DNA from: a virus
Direction: 5' to 3' (one strand)
Length of the DNA stretch: 64,000 nt
Virus record (IMG/VR): IMGVR_UViG_3300028361_000024
Span: 3,829-67,828 of that record
A program made the position numbers and the translations under genes. This document shows, in pieces, positions 55,257 to 63,401 of the stretch (within the stretch, counting starts at the first letter, position 1; each line of letters starts with the position of its first letter). The notes under the pieces are model-generated. The model searched no databases and was not told where the DNA came from. It worked only from the letters and a program-made list of their open reading frames with translations.

Positions 55257-55451
55257 TTATTGAGTAATAAAGTCTTTACACCAAAGGCTCATCTCTTCGA
55301 AAGGGACTTTGCACGCTTCAGGGGTGCCTAGTTCGGTCGCAACGGCCCATAGGGCAATAAACATTGCGAGTAAGGTCCACCCAATAAATAACCTACCGCG
55401 TCGGGTAAGCCTAATAGAGAGCTTGTGCTCGATTGCTTCGAAGAGGTCCAT
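55257..55451 (-). CDS. Small membrane protein
   Basis: RLTRRGR followed by a TM helix. Confidence 0.65.
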   Translation of the reverse strand: MDLFEAIEHKLSIRLTRRGRLFIGWTLLAMFIALWAVATELGTPEACKVPFEEMSLWCKDFITQ

Positions 55452-55481
55452 TATTTGTCCTTTTGTCCTTTGAATAATGCA

Positions 55482-55510
55482 AGACTAGCACACCTTCCTG
55501 CATAATGCAA
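55482..55510 (-). promoter_or_regulatory. Promoter with GCAGGAAGG spacer box
   Basis: TTGCAT-17nt(TATGCAGGAAGGTGTGC)-TAGTCT. Confidence 0.75.
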
Positions 55511-55528
55511 GAAGGTTGGCAAAAAGGA

Positions 55529-55783
55529 TTACTTAGTGCGTAACGCAATCAGACTGCGCAAAACTTCTTCTAGCTTGTCTGCGCTGTTGAAATGGCTCTT
55601 GTGCGAAATGTCTTCCTCTTCAATGAGCCTGTCAAGAGATAGAACCGCGATGTGGCCCTCTTGCTCGAACATCACAACAAGTTTGGTTTCCCCGTCATTG
55701 GGGTCATCAATGATGCTTGCTGTAAATGGGGACGCTGTCCCGTTTGAATGGGTGTCAATGGCTAAGATGACTGGCTCTAACAT
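55529..55783 (-). CDS. Hypothetical protein (probably leaderless)
   Basis: 84 aa; TAAACT-6nt-ATG. Confidence 0.7.
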   Translation of the reverse strand: MLEPVILAIDTHSNGTASPFTASIIDDPNDGETKLVVMFEQEGHIAVLSLDRLIEEEDISHKSHFNSADKLEEVLRSLIALRTK

Positions 55784-55965
55784 GCAATTAGTTTACTGCG
55801 AGCGCCGACCTTTGATTGGCAGACCACACACTTCTCCCCCCGAGAGAGAGGGAGGAGATGTGCGGGGAAAGGTAGAACCCCTCATCGCAAGCAGCGAGGC
55901 GAACTCCAGCAACTTGCGGCACCTCAAGGATACCTAAATTTTTACCCCTGTATTGCCGCCAGGAA

Positions 55966-56001
55966 AAGAAAAAGGCCCCCAGCAAGGAGGCCTTTCTTCT
56001 T
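55966..56001 (-). terminator. Intrinsic terminator
   Basis: AAAGGCC(C/T)CC stem flanked by A and T runs. Confidence 0.7.
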
Positions 56002-56011
56002 CAGCTGGCTG

Positions 56012-56227
56012 CTATTCGTCTACAATCCCAACATCATTGGCAGCTTCGAGGACATCCCACCCGTAATGCTCGCCCATCCAGACGGCAGCAATCCTAATTG
56101 CGAAGTCGTCATCTTTCTCAGCTTCTTGCCGTAGCACTTCATCGAGCTGAACTGTTGTCATCAGCGTGAAGTAATCCCCCACGAAGACCACTGTTCGGGT
56201 CAAAGCTACCTTGTCTACTGTGTCCAT
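56012..56227 (-). CDS. Hypothetical protein
   Basis: 71 aa, GAAGGG RBS. Confidence 0.65.
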   Translation of the reverse strand: MDTVDKVALTRTVVFVGDYFTLMTTVQLDEVLRQEAEKDDDFAIRIAAVWMGEHYGWDVLEAANDVGIVDE

Positions 56228-56230
56228 TTT

Positions 56231-56362
56231 TTACCCTTCTAGTTGTCGCGTTGTCGCTATGAAAAAAGATGCCATCACCAGCAAGGTGAATGTCATCAAA
56301 CTCATTGGCTGAATAGAAAGCCCAACTCCCAGGAGAGTTGAGCCCACCACCAATTTTGTCAT
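56231..56362 (-). CDS. 43-aa hydrophobic peptide (not in ORF track)
   Basis: MTKLVVGSTLLGVGLSIQPMSLMTFTLLVMASFFIATTRQLEG fills the gap between co-oriented genes. Confidence 0.5.
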   Translation of the reverse strand: MTKLVVGSTLLGVGLSIQPMSLMTFTLLVMASFFIATTRQLEG

Positions 56363-56367
56363 CAGGT

Positions 56368-56604
56368 CTAGTCTCTTCCCAGTTGTTCCGAAATGCGCTC
56401 TTGTGTGATGCCCTGCGCCTTCATCAGCTTTGTCCAGAGTACTCCTGCTGCTGCGTACTTGTCCATCTTCTGGAACATCCTGTCCATGCTCTCATCCTTG
56501 TACATCTTGTGGCGTGACACCTCCAAGTTGCTAAGGGTTACGTAGATAGACATGGCTTCCGCTAACATCTCTACTTCTTGACTATCCAGTTCAAACTTGT
56601 CCAT
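56368..56604 (-). CDS. Hypothetical protein
   Basis: 78 aa, GGGAGG RBS. Confidence 0.7.
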   Translation of the reverse strand: MDKFELDSQEVEMLAEAMSIYVTLSNLEVSRHKMYKDESMDRMFQKMDKYAAAGVLWTKLMKAQGITQERISEQLGRD

Positions 56605-56630
56605 TGTGTCCTCCCTCTGTTGAATACTTC

Positions 56631-56659
56631 ATGGTAGCACCTTCCTGCTGTCTTCGCAA
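56631..56659 (-). promoter_or_regulatory. Promoter with GCAGGAAGG spacer box
   Basis: TTGCGA-17nt(AGACAGCAGGAAGGTGC)-TACCAT. Confidence 0.72.
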
Positions 56660-56745
56660 GTACATTCGAATAACTTTTTACCCTGAGCCAGAAACACGAA
56701 ACCCCTCCCGAAGGGGAGGGGGAGGGGCTTCGCTTTGGGGGAAGA

Positions 56746-57081
56746 CTACTTCGGCATTAGTACCGTGTAGTCAGTCACAGTCTGTGTGGCTGTGAACGCT
56801 TCTGGGAACAACTTCTCCAGTAGTTTGCGGTCAGTCCCTGCACGGCTACGGCTACTAACTTCAATCCGCACGATGCCATCAACGGTAACAACCTCAGCGT
56901 TGCCAATCAATGCCTTGACCTGCTCTTCTAGTGCCTTCTTGGTCTTCTCCAAGTCGGTTACTGCCCTACGAGTTGCAAGGTAGTCGTTGAGAAGAATGCG
57001 AGATTCTCCTTCAAACTCCACCGAAACCTGCTCGGTGATGATTTCCTGAACTACCTTGTTGATTACTTGGGTGGTTGTCAT
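56746..57081 (-). CDS. Hypothetical coiled-coil protein resembling the C-terminal part of YqaJ-type proteins
   Basis: LEKTKKALEEQVKALIG...DRKLLEKLFPEAF. Confidence 0.65.
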   Translation of the reverse strand: MTTTQVINKVVQEIITEQVSVEFEGESRILLNDYLATRRAVTDLEKTKKALEEQVKALIGNAEVVTVDGIVRIEVSSRSRAGTDRKLLEKLFPEAFTATQTVTDYTVLMPK

Positions 57082-57163
57082 AACAATCACTCTTTCTTTA
57101 TGTCATTTACCCAGAGAGGCTATCTCGCTGGGTGTTGAGGAGGCTATCTCTTCAACTAGTATT

Positions 57164-57192
57164 ACTTTATAGCACCTACCTGCACTTGTCAA
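57164..57192 (-). promoter_or_regulatory. Promoter with GCAGGTAGG spacer box
   Basis: TTGACA-17nt(AGTGCAGGTAGGTGCTA)-TAAAGT. Confidence 0.8.
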
Positions 57193-57228
57193 GCCCATTC
57201 TGAAAGTTTTTATAACAAATTTATAACG

Positions 57229-57429
57229 CTAGACAGACCACAACAACTTTTCGTCTTTGTAGAGCTTGTCAATCACGTCCTGCGCTTTCACGGGTTGCGG
57301 GGTAGCGCTTCTTCTTATGATGGTCTCAATCCAAGTATCTAGATTTTTTACCCCAATGATTTCGAACTTCTCCGCATCGGTCTTGCTGTGCCAAGCTTCG
57401 ATTATTTCGTCTGCATCTAGGGTAGCCAT
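57229..57429 (-). CDS. Hypothetical protein
   Basis: 66 aa, coupled. Confidence 0.65.
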   Translation of the reverse strand: MATLDADEIIEAWHSKTDAEKFEIIGVKNLDTWIETIIRRSATPQPVKAQDVIDKLYKDEKLLWSV

Positions 57430-57632
57430 CAGTCTTTTTTCTCTAAAGCGTCAATAAGTTTGTCTAACTCAACTCGGACATCGTGGTACGCGCCCAATGA
57501 ACCGTGCGCATACTTTACTTCCAACGGGTTGTGCCTGAACTGTTCTGAGAGCCTGGCAGCAAGTTCCGCTTTTCCTATGACCCAGCCCTTTAGCTCACGC
57601 AAATCTTTCAAATTCTGTACGTTCTTACTCAT
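57429..57632 (-). CDS. Hypothetical protein
   Basis: 67 aa, GAGG RBS. Confidence 0.65.
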   Translation of the reverse strand: MSKNVQNLKDLRELKGWVIGKAELAARLSEQFRHNPLEVKYAHGSLGAYHDVRVELDKLIDALEKKD

Positions 57633-57669
57633 TAGTTTTCCTCTTTCATTAGTGTTTGTCTGTTGTCGT

Positions 57670-57771
57670 TTAGCATTTTCCGCATACTTTTCCGTGCGTG
57701 TACTCTCGTTCCTCGCAAGAGAATTGCTCTCCGCAAGTCCAGCAGTGAATCCAGATAAGTTGTTTTGTCAT
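57670..57771 (-). CDS. 33-aa Zn-ribbon peptide
   Basis: CWTC...CGKC after AAGGAG RBS. Confidence 0.6.
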   Translation of the reverse strand: MTKQLIWIHCWTCGEQFSCEEREYTHGKVCGKC

Positions 57772-57799
57772 CTCTGTCTCCTTTGTCGTTCTAGAAAGT

Positions 57800-57828
57800 A
57801 GTATTACATTTACCTGCATAAAAAGCAA
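57800..57828 (-). promoter_or_regulatory. Promoter with GCAGGTAA spacer box
   Basis: TTGCTT-17nt(TTTATGCAGGTAAATGT)-AATACT. Confidence 0.65.
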
Positions 57829-57970
57829 GCGAATTTGCAAACTAATTTTTAGCGTGTCGGAGAAAGGGAAAGCCCCCGCAAAAAAATCTACGGGGGCGTC
57901 CTGTCTCTTGGGTTTGCGGTTGGACACGGCTGGGAAGGACGATACGCTCAACCAAGAGGTCTATGGAAGG

Positions 57971-59761
57971 TTAGGCGGTGTTCCGCCTACCTACGTTTGT
58001 AAGTGCTGCTGATGCGGCTCGTCCAATCTCAGACGCTGCTGTTGTCGGGTCTAGCTCTCCCTCAAGAATAGTAATGTTCTGACTTCTAACTAGGCCCTTC
58101 ACAGTGTATCCACCATCGAATGGCAACCACAGGACGGCCACACCTGACTCGCCGCAACGTTTTATCCACTCTCTTGCGTGTTTGCGTTGGTCTGAGCGAT
58201 AGTGGCCATCGGAAACAACTACCAGCAATCGTGCGCCATCTCCCCTCAACAGGTTCAATGCACCATCAAGAGCCCTGAACGCTGTATCGAATTCTTCAGT
58301 TGAGTCGTGGGCACCATAAATTTTTACCTCACTGAGATACTCACCTGGCTTCAATGTCGGAAAGACTGAATCTCCGTAGTAAACAATCGCTGTTCGCCCG
58401 TGGACTCGTCTAACTGCCTCGCTAAGCACATACGCTGTAACCGCCATAGGCTTCATCGCGTAGTGCATTGACCCAGAGATGTCCACCATCACTCCAACAG
58501 TCAGGTTGGGGTCGTCAGTCTGCCTGCGAACAGTCTTCTTCCAGGGCTCAACCTCTTGATGCACCCCGCGTGCCCTCATGGCATTGCGCTGAACCAGGGC
58601 CCTTGTCCGCAAGCGCCCAGGCGGCGTGTTAGAGCTAATCTCAACCTGGGACCTGTCGCGGTACTTAGCCTGCTCCAGCATCCTCGCAACAACAACAGCT
58701 GCTCGGCGTTCTTCAGCAAGTGGGGGCCGCGTGCTCTCCAGGCGTGACCTAGTAGTTTTTTTACCCCCGTGAGAGCCCTTGGTGAATACTTCCTTTGCTG
58801 CTTCTTCGTTTAGCTGCTTCTCTTCAGACTTTCTCTGCTTTATTTCGACCTGTTCTCGCCAATCCTCTTTAGTCTCCTGGTCTGTCAAGTCATCAGTAGT
58901 CGAAATAATTACCGAAGACCTCAAATCCTCCATCGCATCCTGCATCGCATTCTGGAACTCGGCGCTCGCGGGCTGTGGGTTCTCTGCCGCTTCCTCGGGG
59001 CTCGGGTCATTGTTCTCTTTCGCGGCCTCACGAACCAGCTTCGCCCACTCCCGTGCTAGTGGGTAGAGAGCCTCGGCATTGCTGTGCTGTGCGTGAGCCT
59101 GGAACCTGCGTGCCACATCCCTGAGCTTCTCAACGATGCGTGGCTGAAGATAGGTATCAACCAGTTTTATCAGCTCAGTCGCTTCTTTCTCCTGCAAGAT
59201 GCCTGCGTCAATGCGTGCATGAAGTAAAGCAACCAATGTAGCTGCGGAGTATGTGTTGGGCTGCGCGGCAAAGGCTTCCTGCGAATCAGCAATCACCAGG
59301 TCCATCGCACAGGCTCGTAAGAAATTTTTACCCTCTGGCCGCACGATGATTCCCTGTGCCTCAATCCGTCCTTCCTCCAGCAACATCATGGATTTGAATT
59401 CGTCAGGCTTCAGGGCCTTCCGCGCTTCTTCCATACTCCAGTGCGAGAATCGTGCATGAAAGGCTTCGTGTATTACTGCGCCTGTTGCCTTGGCGAACTC
59501 ATACTGCGTAGCCCGCATGTTGAAGTCGCCTATAAGGCTTGGCTTCACACCAGCAAATACTTGATTGGTGGATACCTGAATCTCAGCAAGCTTGGGGTTG
59601 AAGGCTGCTGGGGCTCCGCCTGAGACCTCTGGGCCAATGTGCGCAACGATGTCGTGGCGGTCAGCCCATGTGTTAGCAAGCTCGCCAATGCTGCGTCCTA
59701 CTGCGAACCACTCTGGAGAGGGCTTACCCAATCCATTTGATGAATAGTCGATGTGTGCCAT
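57971..59761 (-). CDS. CobT-like protein: N-terminal HEXXH domain + C-terminal VWA (MIDAS) domain
   Basis: IHEAFH...LEEGRIE; VDISGSM; VVVSDG. Confidence 0.85.
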   Translation of the reverse strand: MAHIDYSSNGLGKPSPEWFAVGRSIGELANTWADRHDIVAHIGPEVSGGAPAAFNPKLAEIQVSTNQVFAGVKPSLIGDFNMRATQYEFAKATGAVIHEAFHARFSHWSMEEARKALKPDEFKSMMLLEEGRIEAQGIIVRPEGKNFLRACAMDLVIADSQEAFAAQPNTYSAATLVALLHARIDAGILQEKEATELIKLVDTYLQPRIVEKLRDVARRFQAHAQHSNAEALYPLAREWAKLVREAAKENNDPSPEEAAENPQPASAEFQNAMQDAMEDLRSSVIISTTDDLTDQETKEDWREQVEIKQRKSEEKQLNEEAAKEVFTKGSHGGKKTTRSRLESTRPPLAEERRAAVVVARMLEQAKYRDRSQVEISSNTPPGRLRTRALVQRNAMRARGVHQEVEPWKKTVRRQTDDPNLTVGVMVDISGSMHYAMKPMAVTAYVLSEAVRRVHGRTAIVYYGDSVFPTLKPGEYLSEVKIYGAHDSTEEFDTAFRALDGALNLLRGDGARLLVVVSDGHYRSDQRKHAREWIKRCGESGVAVLWLPFDGGYTVKGLVRSQNITILEGELDPTTAASEIGRAASAALTNVGRRNTA

Positions 59762-59886
59762 CTGTTGTCCTTCCAATTTTTTACCCCGTGTCCAGCGGGC
59801 AATTTGAACTTATTATAGAAACCACTGGGTGTCAACCTTAGGCGAGAGAAGAGAGGACACCCATGCACCCTCTCCTCCCGTTCCAG

Positions 59887-60918
59887 CTAGATTTTTGCTG
59901 GCTTTACTTCTTGAGGAAATACTTTCCCCAAGACATCTGCGACTACTGGCCTGTCCATCTCTGGAGTGGCGGCAAGTAAGTTTGAAATCGCCCACTCTGT
60001 CCCAAAAAGCTCTTCCGTGCTCTTGAAGGCAAGTAGTTCACGCATCTGAGGGGCCCAGGACGTTTCTCCGCTCAACATACGCTTAGAAAGGTTCTGCGCT
60101 CCAGTAACCAATCCTGTGGGGACTCCCATCAAGCGGGCCCTGCTCCAGTCCGTAGTCATCTCTGCTTGCACTGTGAACCTGGAGAGTAACGCCTCGCTTA
60201 GCCGCACTCCAGGGGCATTTGGGTTGGTCGCCGCAACCACGTAGAAGTCTTCGTGTGCTTTCACCTTCCCGCGCTCTGGATTTGCCGTGACAACAAGTTC
60301 TCGACGCCCATCCATCAGCCCGTAGACAATGGACAGCACTTTGGGGTCAATCAAGCCAACCTCGTCGATGAAATAGACGCCGCCAGTCTCTGCCGCTCGA
60401 ACCAGGTCGCCGTCAATCCACTCAAAGCCGCCGCTTGGTGTCTGAACATAGCCGCCAACCAGGTCAGCAACCTCCGTGTCGCCCGTTCCCATCAAAGTGA
60501 AGGTATCGGGGAAGGCTGCTTCAATCAAAGCTGTCTTTCCACATCCAGGGGCTCCGTAAAGCAAAGCAAACATAGCTGAGCCCCCTTGTCCAGTGAAAGC
60601 CTTCGTAGTTTGGCCGCGTGCCTGGCGCAAAACTGTTACGTCAGTGTGAGCGCCCCAGGGGCGGGCATAGTAGATGTCGCCATTTGGGCGGACGTACTCG
60701 TTCTCGCCTCCCATGTTATTTGCGCCTACCATCTTCTTGCTTTTATACGGGGCTCGCTCGGAACCTGACGCACGGGACACATACCTACCCTGCGGTGTCA
60801 CAAGACTGCTAAGCAGTATGCCCGCGTCTGGGTTCACGCCCTGCGCAACAACATTCTCGACCATCTCCCAGTACCCTTCGCCAATGGCCTGGTACCTCTT
60901 CCGCATTGAATCTTCCAT
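59887..60918 (-). CDS. MoxR-type (CobS/CbbQ/NorQ-like) AAA+ ATPase
   Basis: YGAPGCGKT, DLVG, WIDG, FIDE, ATNP, ALLSRF. Confidence 0.9.
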   Translation of the reverse strand: MEDSMRKRYQAIGEGYWEMVENVVAQGVNPDAGILLSSLVTPQGRYVSRASGSERAPYKSKKMVGANNMGGENEYVRPNGDIYYARPWGAHTDVTVLRQARGQTTKAFTGQGGSAMFALLYGAPGCGKTALIEAAFPDTFTLMGTGDTEVADLVGGYVQTPSGGFEWIDGDLVRAAETGGVYFIDEVGLIDPKVLSIVYGLMDGRRELVVTANPERGKVKAHEDFYVVAATNPNAPGVRLSEALLSRFTVQAEMTTDWSRARLMGVPTGLVTGAQNLSKRMLSGETSWAPQMRELLAFKSTEELFGTEWAISNLLAATPEMDRPVVADVLGKVFPQEVKPAKI

Positions 60919-60923
60919 AATTT

Positions 60924-61400
60924 TTACCCCTCAGCCTTCAGTGGTTCGGGAAATCCCAAAGCCTTTCGCGCCAAATCCACTCGGTACATGAATTTGCTCG
61001 GTGTTTTTTCAACAAAAATGTCGTCCATGTCTTTCTTGGAGATTTCAATCAGCAAGGGACTCTTCACCATCTCCCACCCGCTTAGCAGCATTGTGTTGAA
61101 CCACACAGTGACCTTCTCAAGGCGGGCCTCACCGTGAGCCTGTACGTGTTTGTTAGGAAGGTTTTCCGATGAGTTGGGCTCCCACTCTAAAATTGGCTGT
61201 GTGACGCTCTCCAAGAAGGTGGCGTTCCACTGCTTCTTTGGGTTCTCTAAGGTCGTAATCCGACGATACATAGAAGCGCGCACAACCATGTTCTCCGTTG
61301 TGTAGCCATCAGGTGTAAAGATGACTTGCATCAAGGATTCAGGTTTAGTCCACTCGGCGTAAACAGCAACGCCTTGGACATCTTTCTCTTCTGTAGCCAT
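60924..61400 (-). CDS. Hypothetical protein, first gene of the MoxR operon
   Basis: 158 aa, between promoter and ATPase. Confidence 0.75.
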   Translation of the reverse strand: MATEEKDVQGVAVYAEWTKPESLMQVIFTPDGYTTENMVVRASMYRRITTLENPKKQWNATFLESVTQPILEWEPNSSENLPNKHVQAHGEARLEKVTVWFNTMLLSGWEMVKSPLLIEISKKDMDDIFVEKTPSKFMYRVDLARKALGFPEPLKAEG

Positions 61401-61457
61401 GGGTGTCTTCTTTCTTTTTGTCTTTGTCTTTATTTTTACCCCTAAGGGCAGAACAAA

Positions 61458-61486
61458 AGTATCGCATCACTTTCCTGCAATGTCAA
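61458..61486 (-). promoter_or_regulatory. Promoter with GCAGGAAAG spacer box
   Basis: TTGACA-17nt(TTGCAGGAAAGTGATGC)-GATACT. Confidence 0.78.
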
Positions 61487-61631
61487 GCCACATCCAAAAG
61501 TTCTTTTGAAGTTGCTCCTAACTGCGAGCGCCGTGCAAATCTACGCAAAAGCACTAAGTGGGCAGTTTTATCGCGACATACCCAGGTCGGTTTTTGACGG
61601 GGAACGACACCCATCAAACTTATTTTTACCC

Positions 61632-61919
61632 TTAGAACTCTTCGTACTTGCTTAGGTCAACGCCGTATCGGTCAAAGGCGGCTCGTAGCCCAGCTTCGTC
61701 TGCCTCTGGCTCGTACGACTCTGTAATGAGCCGTGCGACTATCGGTCTGAAGATGTCAGGCGTATCTTCAATAATGTCCCAGTCCACTTCGTTCCAGTAG
61801 GTGGTCTCCATCAGCACATAGCCTTCGGCGTTGCCGTAGCTCCCATCAGCAGCAAAGTAGCTCAATACTTTCTGGAGTGGCTTTGGTGCTCTCTTGCGCT
61901 TGAACTTTCCTTTTGGCAT
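61632..61919 (-). CDS. Hypothetical protein
   Basis: 95 aa, YFAADGSYGNA...W motif. Confidence 0.7.
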   Translation of the reverse strand: MPKGKFKRKRAPKPLQKVLSYFAADGSYGNAEGYVLMETTYWNEVDWDIIEDTPDIFRPIVARLITESYEPEADEAGLRAAFDRYGVDLSKYEEF

Positions 61920-62024
61920 TATTTGCTACCTTTCGCTGAATAGTCTTGATTGCCTTCGCATACATTGCAGAAGGGTGTGCAGTCGAAACTCCCTTGGTGG
62001 TTGGGGCACACTACCCGTGCCATT

Positions 62025-62297
62025 CTATGCCTCCTTCTCAAGTGCTAGGCCGAACCCCAGAACAAGAGCGACAACGTCTTCCTCGTCAAAGGCATCCCAG
62101 TACTCTTCAGTCTTGCGGGCAAAGCGCTCCCACTCGTCCTGAGACATCTCTAGGCGGTAGCCGTGAGTACTAATAGCTTCTTCTACAAAGTCCTTAGTCC
62201 AGACGGCACAGGCTACGGTTTCGTTGCCAAGTCCTCTACCCTCTAAGGCCTGAAAATACTCACGCCACTCTGTGACGCTGTTCTGGTAACTCTTCAT
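62025..62297 (-). CDS. Hypothetical protein
   Basis: ATG after GAAGGAG RBS. Confidence 0.7.
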   Translation of the reverse strand: MKSYQNSVTEWREYFQALEGRGLGNETVACAVWTKDFVEEAISTHGYRLEMSQDEWERFARKTEEYWDAFDEEDVVALVLGFGLALEKEA

Positions 62298-62329
62298 CGT
62301 GTCTCCTTCGTTCGTTGCGATGTAGTTAT

Positions 62330-62358
62330 ACATTATTGCATTTACCTGCACTTGTCAA
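62330..62358 (-). promoter_or_regulatory. Promoter with GCAGGTAA spacer box
   Basis: TTGACA-17nt(AGTGCAGGTAAATGCAA)-TAATGT. Confidence 0.78.
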
Positions 62359-62460
62359 GTCAAGCTCCAAAGAAAGTTTTTACCTGGATAAGCAGCAATC
62401 TGCAAGCGCTGTCCCTGTCTAAATTTTTACCCCTGCGCATCAGTCATCTGATTTCGGGCA

Positions 62461-62506
62461 GAAAAAAACGCGGGCCCTAAGGGGGTGGGCCCGCGTTCTT
62501 TTTTTC
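62461..62506 (-). terminator. Intrinsic terminator
   Basis: AACGCGGGCCC...GGGCCCGCGTT with A7 and T runs on either side. Confidence 0.82.
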
Positions 62507-62512
62507 GGGGTG

Positions 62513-62983
62513 TTAGGCAGTTACCTCAATCTCAAACGGTGCCTCGGCCTCGAAGCCGAATACGGTGCGGAAAAGGTCGCGCCCGTCATACCACTCTGAC
62601 CAGTAGCCGTCTGAGCTAATCTCAACGGCATCGGTGTAGCAATCCTTGAGCCATAGCAACACAGCTACAACAACGGTGTCATAAGGCTTCTCGGCGGTCT
62701 TGCAAAAGTCAAACAGCATTGGCTGTCCCGCGGCGTGCGCTGGTTGGCTCGATACTACGGCGTCCCAAGCGAATGTCTCGTGTGCGTCGTCGCCCATACC
62801 ATTGAAAGCTACGCGGGTCTCGCTAATCTCGGGTGTGGTTGACTCGCCAAACGCGTCTCCGATTTCAATGCCGCGGGTCTTAGCCTCGGCAAAAATCTTT
62901 TCAACGCCATTTGTGAATCTCAGGTAAGCGCCTGGCCCACTTGAGCGAACTATGTCTCTTCTAATGTAGTGTGTATATCCCAT
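62513..62983 (-). CDS. Hypothetical phage protein (MGYTHY...FNG...HETF...FCKT..KPYD...SSDG type)
   Basis: Recognisable recurring phage family pattern; RBS present. Confidence 0.78.
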   Translation of the reverse strand: MGYTHYIRRDIVRSSGPGAYLRFTNGVEKIFAEAKTRGIEIGDAFGESTTPEISETRVAFNGMGDDAHETFAWDAVVSSQPAHAAGQPMLFDFCKTAEKPYDTVVVAVLLWLKDCYTDAVEISSDGYWSEWYDGRDLFRTVFGFEAEAPFEIEVTA

Positions 62984-63035
62984 TTTTGTGTCTCTTTCGT
63001 TTGTCGTTCTGGCTCCATCTAGTGGAGATAGTGAA

Positions 63036-63064
63036 ACTCTATAATACTTTTTTACTAATGTCAA
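63036..63064 (-). promoter_or_regulatory. SigA-type promoter lacking the GCAGG box; -35 element duplicated
   Basis: TTGACA-17nt-TAGAGT; tandem 10-bp TTGACATTAG. Confidence 0.6.
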
Positions 63065-63070
63065 CTAATG

Positions 63071-63208
63071 TCAACTATTTTCTTTTAGCGTGTCGAAGAA
63101 TGCGTCTGACTCTTCGTAGTAGCGGTCCATAACCATCTCGTGCGTGGCTTCCTCACCCTCTGGCAAGTCTCGCTGAATCTTTTCCATACGTTCTACGTAT
63201 CCGCGCAT
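63071..63208 (-). CDS. 45-aa hypothetical protein (not in ORF track)
   Basis: MRGYVERMEKIQRDLPEGEE...; GAGGG RBS. Confidence 0.55.
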   Translation of the reverse strand: MRGYVERMEKIQRDLPEGEEATHEMVMDRYYEESDAFFDTLKENS

Positions 63209-63210
63209 CT

Positions 63211-63393
63211 CTACGCCCTCTTAACAACCAAGAGCTGGCCTAAGCCCGTGCCCAGTTGGCGGTTTGTGTATGTGGACCAGTGAGCGGTGCAAAGATACGC
63301 CCACGCGCCAGAAACAATCGCGGCGTCGTATTGGGCCCTGTCCTCGCAAAAATTGCATCGTGGAAGTGTGCTAACCACTACTTTGTCTGACAT
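63211..63393 (-). CDS. Small Zn-finger protein
   Basis: CNFC...YDA...WAYLCTAH...LGTGLGQ. Confidence 0.72.
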   Translation of the reverse strand: MSDKVVVSTLPRCNFCEDRAQYDAAIVSGAWAYLCTAHWSTYTNRQLGTGLGQLLVVKRA

Positions 63394-63401
63394 TTTTACC
63401 C

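Noticed and set aside
57971-60918. Cobalamin biosynthesis (cobS/cobT) auxiliary metabolic genes
   Set aside because: No cobN or other cob genes; a generic MoxR/VWA pair is the better description
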